Below are positions 58,858 through 64,000 of a DNA stretch of 64,000 bases, piece by piece (position 1 is the stretch's first letter; every line of letters begins with the position of its first letter). The notes under the pieces are model-generated. The model was not told where the DNA came from. It saw only the letters and a list, made by a program, of their open reading frames with translations, and ran no database searches. Made by a program: the position numbers and the translations under genes. The stretch is taken from NCBI RefSeq assembly GCF_009914755.1, contig NC_060931.1. One strand, given 5' to 3'. Source of the stretch: the human T2T-CHM13v2.0 reference genome, Homo sapiens.

Positions 58858-60052
58858 CTATCGCATTAATTCAAATACCGCAGGGAGCAATAGCTACATC
58901 AACTTAAGACCTTTCTGGTCCAGGGATTTTTATCTAGTTTCCCGAGCCATAAAGCATCTTCAAATTTAATTACCTATGGCTTACTGATAGTTGACAGCTG
59001 TTAACCAGGGAGATTTACTTCAGAAGTGCCCTTGTTGTAAAAAGCCTAGGCTATTTTGTTAAAATGCTATTTAAATTGCTGTTAGTAGTCATAATTGAAC
59101 TATACGACTTGGGGAGAGAAACGACCATTTTTTTTTTTTAGAACATAGAGATGAGCTCAAAGCAATGAGAATTTTATTTATAAAAAGAATGACCCAAGAA
59201 TCTATCATTTGGTTTCACATAGATCCAATTTAAGTAAATGAATGATCCAGTGAATTGGCCACGGTTATAGAAAGTGACTGATGTAATGATTTGGCTACAG
59301 TGAGAGAAAAACATTACAATTACTAGTCCATCATCTAAACAAGGCAAAGAATGGCATTGTCATTCCTTTAACCTCACAATGATGTCATCCTTTTTGAAGC
59401 ATATGAGGTACAGCTATTTGTGTTGTTTCTCAGGACATGCTCAATTAACGAATAAGGGACTCTGGCTGAGAGTATGTAGTATTAGAAAATGCAGTGGCTC
59501 CACAAAGGGCAGCATAGGTCTCCTGGCCCCTGGGAAAATCTCCCAGGAAACAGCATTAAAAAAAATTATGCATGTTTGTTTTCTACAATCTACATTATTG
59601 TAGAGCTCCATGATGGAAAATTACTGTAATGTCTTCTATGCCAATGTTCCCTGGGGTAAAATTTGCTGCACAATATGCTTACCTAAAATTCATGTATCTA
59701 CATGAACTTTTCTTTGTAATAGAAACCACTGTGAAGCTTTGAGAATTTAACCAAAGCTGGAAGAACAATAGGTTTCCCCAAAATCTAAGCCCTGGCAACA
59801 GAAGCTTCTGGAGCTACCTAAGTATAGTCAATATATTGTTACAGCAATTATAATATAGTTCAAAATACAGTAACATATTATGTCCATCAATAACACTCTA
59901 TTACTATTCATATAAGAACAAACGTTTGTTCTCTGTTAAGCCAGTCAGTGATCTTAATATTTTTGAGTTAACTAAGTCACGAAGAATCTCATTCATGCAC
60001 TCAAAAATGTGAACTTGATAAAGGAAGGTAGAGAGTTTAGGGTTTTATTTTA

Positions 60053-60377
60053 TAGTTGTCCCTTGGCATCTGTGGAAGATTGGTTCCAGGATACCCTACA
60101 GATAGCAAAATCCAGGATGCTCAAATCTCTGCTTCAAAAGGCCAGAGTATTTGCATATAACCTACCCACATCCTCCCTATACTTTAAATCATCTCCAGAT
60201 TACATAAAATACCCAATACAATGTTAATGCTATGTAAATAGTTGTTATACTGTATTGCTTTTAAAATGTGTATTATTTTTACTGTAGTATTGTTATTTTT
60301 TATTTTTTTCTGAATATTTCTCATCAGTGGTTGGCTGAATCCATGGATGTGATACCTACAATTCAGAGTGCCAATTG
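60053..60377. mobile_element. MER2 TcMar-Tigger fossil
   Basis: TA|tagttgtcccttggcatctgtgg..ttggttccagga...gtgccaattg|TA; tatttgcatataaccta. Confidence 0.9.
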
Positions 60378-61718
60378 TATACCTGTCAAACTACACAGTA
60401 GGGTAACTCATTCATTCAGAATACTACATTGTCTTCAGCCTTTTATAAAATTCAAAAATAGGTAAAAGACTCCTTGATTGAAAATCAATTCCCAGGAGTC
60501 CCTAGATTAGAAGCATATGCAGTAACTACTCATGAATTCAAAATTCATGATGTGTTATTAATTTGTTCAATATACATTTATTGAGCCCTTATCCCAGCAG
60601 GCTAGACACTTTGCTGAAATAAGAGGATAGAAATAACGAAGATACCATGTCCTAATTACTATTTCACTGCTTACCTAACATTCTGTTATTCTGTTTGGCT
60701 AGTCCATCAAAACATTCTTCTCATCATAAACCTCAGATCTCAGGCAGAATGCACATCTACAGATTTCAAAGTAAATCTGTAGGATATCTTTTACTTCAGA
60801 GATATTGCTACTGACAGGATAATTTCCTCTTTTGAATGTCTTATCTCAGAAGAATTTTAAGCAGAGTGGGCTCAAGTGACCCATCCTCTCCCTGAGGCTT
60901 ATTGTTTTGAAACTGGATTAGAAAGTGAATTTCACCTGTCTGTTTAGAAAAAAAAATAAAGAGCAGTGAAACTTCAGCGGACTGAAACTACAGCTACTAA
61001 TTCCTAATGTGAACAAAGACAATAGAGACCAGAGGGCATGTTATTAAAACCATATTTGCTCAAAAATAATAGCCCCAAATAGCAGCCACTTGTGGGCTTA
61101 CCAGTAGCAGCAAGTGTTCTAGGTGCTTTATAAACTTAGTTCACACAATTTCCATTCAAAGTCTTTGCATTCGGTTCTAATATTACTCTAGTCCCACACA
61201 CAAAGGAATTAAAATTGAGCAAATTTGAGCAATCTACCCAAGATCACACAGTAAAGACTAAAAGAGGCAAGATTTCAGGATTCAAAGCAAAGCCAGTCCT
61301 TAATCTGTGAACTCAATCAGATGACCTCTTGCTTTTCTAATCAGACTGACAACTTCGACAGTTACTAGTTGGGTTTCTTTCATGTTCTTGCTCTGGACAT
61401 GGGTCTGCATAGTATCAAATGTAGTATAAGAAATGCCTCAGCTTCCCAAATTTTCTTTGCCAGTCGGGGACGAGTAGATACCATACTCTAAACAACTCGA
61501 GAACTATCAACATCTCAGTGATGCTCTTCTCACTAAAGCATTAAAAAAGGTGTGAGAGGCAGCATGAAAATGGTATCAGACATAGCTTCATCAAGGGAAC
61601 AGACACAGCTTCATGTAGAAGACAGAAGGTTCCCCTTTTCTTTGCTTTTTGACAGGCATGATGGGATAAATGGAAGCAAAATGCCAAATGGATTAAAGAA
61701 GGAATGAGGAAACAACTA

Positions 61719-62117
<399 letters not shown>

Positions 62118-62152
62118 TCAGAGGGAAGATTTGCAAATGCACAGGTGTCTTG

Positions 62153-62286
62153 AAACAATGATTCTCGCCCTGGTTTGCCCCAGACAGCCCCAGATTGTGC
62201 CCATTTCCCCAGCATAATTATCACTAGTGCCCTCTTTCATTCTCAAAAGATTCATGTTTTGGAAGTTAAATTATATGGCTGCTCTA
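62153..62286. mobile_element. MER94-like hAT-Blackjack MITE
   Basis: cctggtttgccccagacagcccc...cataattatcactagtgccctctttcattctcaaaag...aaattatatgg. Confidence 0.72.
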
Positions 62287-62289
62287 CTT

Positions 62290-63190
62290 TTAAGCAACCT
62301 CTTAATTACCTTGAATGGTTTTCTATTAGTTTTAGTAAAAATTTCAAAATTTTAACCCTTTCCCATTTAGAACAAAAAGTGGAGCATGCTGTCAGTGCTC
62401 CTTTAATTTTTCATAAACGCACTGTTTGGGGCTGAAGCAAGTCTGACTGATTTTCACTATGAAATAAAATATAAAACTGTTCTTGCAGTTATTTCTACAC
62501 AGAACTAGCATCAGAATCATCTGAATCTTCAGAATCATCTATTTCACAAACGTCGGATTAATCAAATCAATCTTTGGCCAACAACTGTTCAAGAAGATGT
62601 TAACACATAGGAATGCTAAGTTTTCTGGGATTTGACATTTTCAGGAATCGAGAATTACCGTATTTTGTGAATTGAAATACCACTACTAAAAACAGAATAC
62701 TATAAATAGAATAAGTCTTTTGTTTCCTAAGTCGATATACTAGAGTGATGCGAAAATAATAATGAAAGCGAGATATTTTGTGGCAAAGTTACCTTGGGGT
62801 AAATGCTGCAGCTGCAAGGATTATTGGGGCAAACAGGAAAGGGTTAACATGGCCCTCCAGGCCTCCTATGATCTAGTTCCAGATTACCTTACCACAAATC
62901 TTAATCATCACTGTTGGCCTATTCTTTGTTCTTGCTCTGCTGGCCTTCTTTTTAAAACTTCAAACTTGCCTTGCTCCTTTTTGGCCTCAGGACCTTTGTA
63001 CATGTTGTTCCTCTTGCTTATAAAATTCTTCCTGCCTTTTTCTAATTCCTACTTATAATGTGACCAATAGTTTTGATGTAATTTAAACAGGGCTGTCTCA
63101 TAAAAGCTTTCTCGATCCTTTAGACAAAGTCAGGTCTCAGGTTCGCTGATAAATTTGCTCCTTTCCCTCCTTGGTTTTCTTTTCTCTTGA
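62290..63190 (+). mobile_element. L2 3' fragment split by MER75
   Basis: aatggttttctattagttttagtaaaaatttcaaaatt[TTAA]catggccctccaggcctcctatgatctag is contiguous L2-like sequence once MER75 is removed. Confidence 0.65.
62356..62843 (-). mobile_element. MER75 non-autonomous piggyBac element (PGBD4-related), sense to SEMA3C
   Basis: TTAA TSDs at 62352-55 and 62844-47; ccctttcc / ggaaaggg termini; minus-strand ATG TCA AAT CCC AGA AAA = MSNPRK, followed by a decayed acidic EIDDSEDSDDSD stretch. Confidence 0.92.
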
Positions 63191-63927
63191 AGGCTGCCTG
63201 GAAGGTCATCTGAAATGGTCTACAATGTCCTGGATTGTGGGGTAGGGGACTACACTATGACTTGCTGAAACCTACCTTGTTTCTGTACAGTTTTCAAGTG
63301 GAAATTGACTCTAAACATGAAACACAGGTCTTTGTTCATTCACATTCTACCATTTTTTTGTTTGCTATATTGATTTTTATTATTTTTAATCATGGTGAAT
63401 TAAAAATATGAGCATAAACCAATCAAATGGAAAAAATGCCATCAAATTTCAGAAAATCATGGTTTACATGAAATATTAATACTTTATCACTATTAAAAAG
63501 TAGGGTGTGTATGGCTGGGGAAGGCAAAAGGCTTGGCTTTGGAAATAGTAGACCAAGGTTAAATTTTTAGTTTCACCTTTTGCTGGTACAGGGTTTACCC
63601 CAACACCACCCTCCAGAGCACTCCCCTTAGGTCCTGCATCTACAATATAAAAAAAGAATGAGAATATTTTGGAACCAGAATAATCTCTAATGTTCTGTAT
63701 AGCAACAAAATGTCTATAAAAATAATTCCTTTTTCACTGCTTACACATATTATCTATTGTTGTGGGATATCTGTAAAGCTAATGTAATCCTTCATATTAC
63801 TATACATCTTGTAGGAAAAAGGGGTCTATGTAAAAACCAATCTTAGAAACATAGCCACAGTAATACAACTGTGTATTTTCTAGAAAAATGAAGCTAAACC
63901 AAAAGCAAGGCTATCTTGTTCCCCTAC

Positions 63928-64000
63928 TATATTAGTCCATTTTCACACTGCTACAAAGATAGTACTTGGGACTGGGCAATTCATATACAAGAGGTTTAAT
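63928..64000 (-). mobile_element. MST/THE1-type MaLR LTR end, cut by the window edge
   Basis: tattagtccattttcacactgcta..aaga....actgggcaatt....aagaggtttaat. Confidence 0.82.

Overview
Human (primate) genomic DNA, AT-rich and Alu-bearing, lying entirely inside the semaphorin gene SEMA3C, which is transcribed on the - strand. Ten consecutive coding exons (usual numbering exons 3-12, 54101 down to 14662; 161+63+120+91+120+143+115+70+145+223 = 1251 nt) can be read directly. All have GT-AG boundaries and splice into one open frame covering most of the Sema domain (ELRETKTSEY...GRYHVLFLGT). The 5' exons and exons 13 onward lie outside the window. The rest is intron: 16 Alus, L1/L2/MIR remnants, MaLR LTRs and several DNA-transposon fossils (MER2, MER5A, MER30, MER46C, MER58B, MER63, MER75, MER94, MER102). 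Repeat names and exon numbers are from recall of consensus sequences, not from a database search. I see no new protein-coding gene; the non-exon ORFs in the track are Alu-, L1- or chance-derived. Best second-look items: (1) a sense-oriented piggyBac MER75 in intron 2 that keeps a splice acceptor in frame with SEMA3C, the PGBD4-like start, a stop and an ATTAAA (candidate exon trap); (2) a potential hairpin hiding the exon 4 donor behind an A23 loop, overlapping a QKI motif; (3) an old L1 with clear twin-priming inversion hallmarks; (4) several unusual Alu structures and local duplications. All functional readings are hypotheses.
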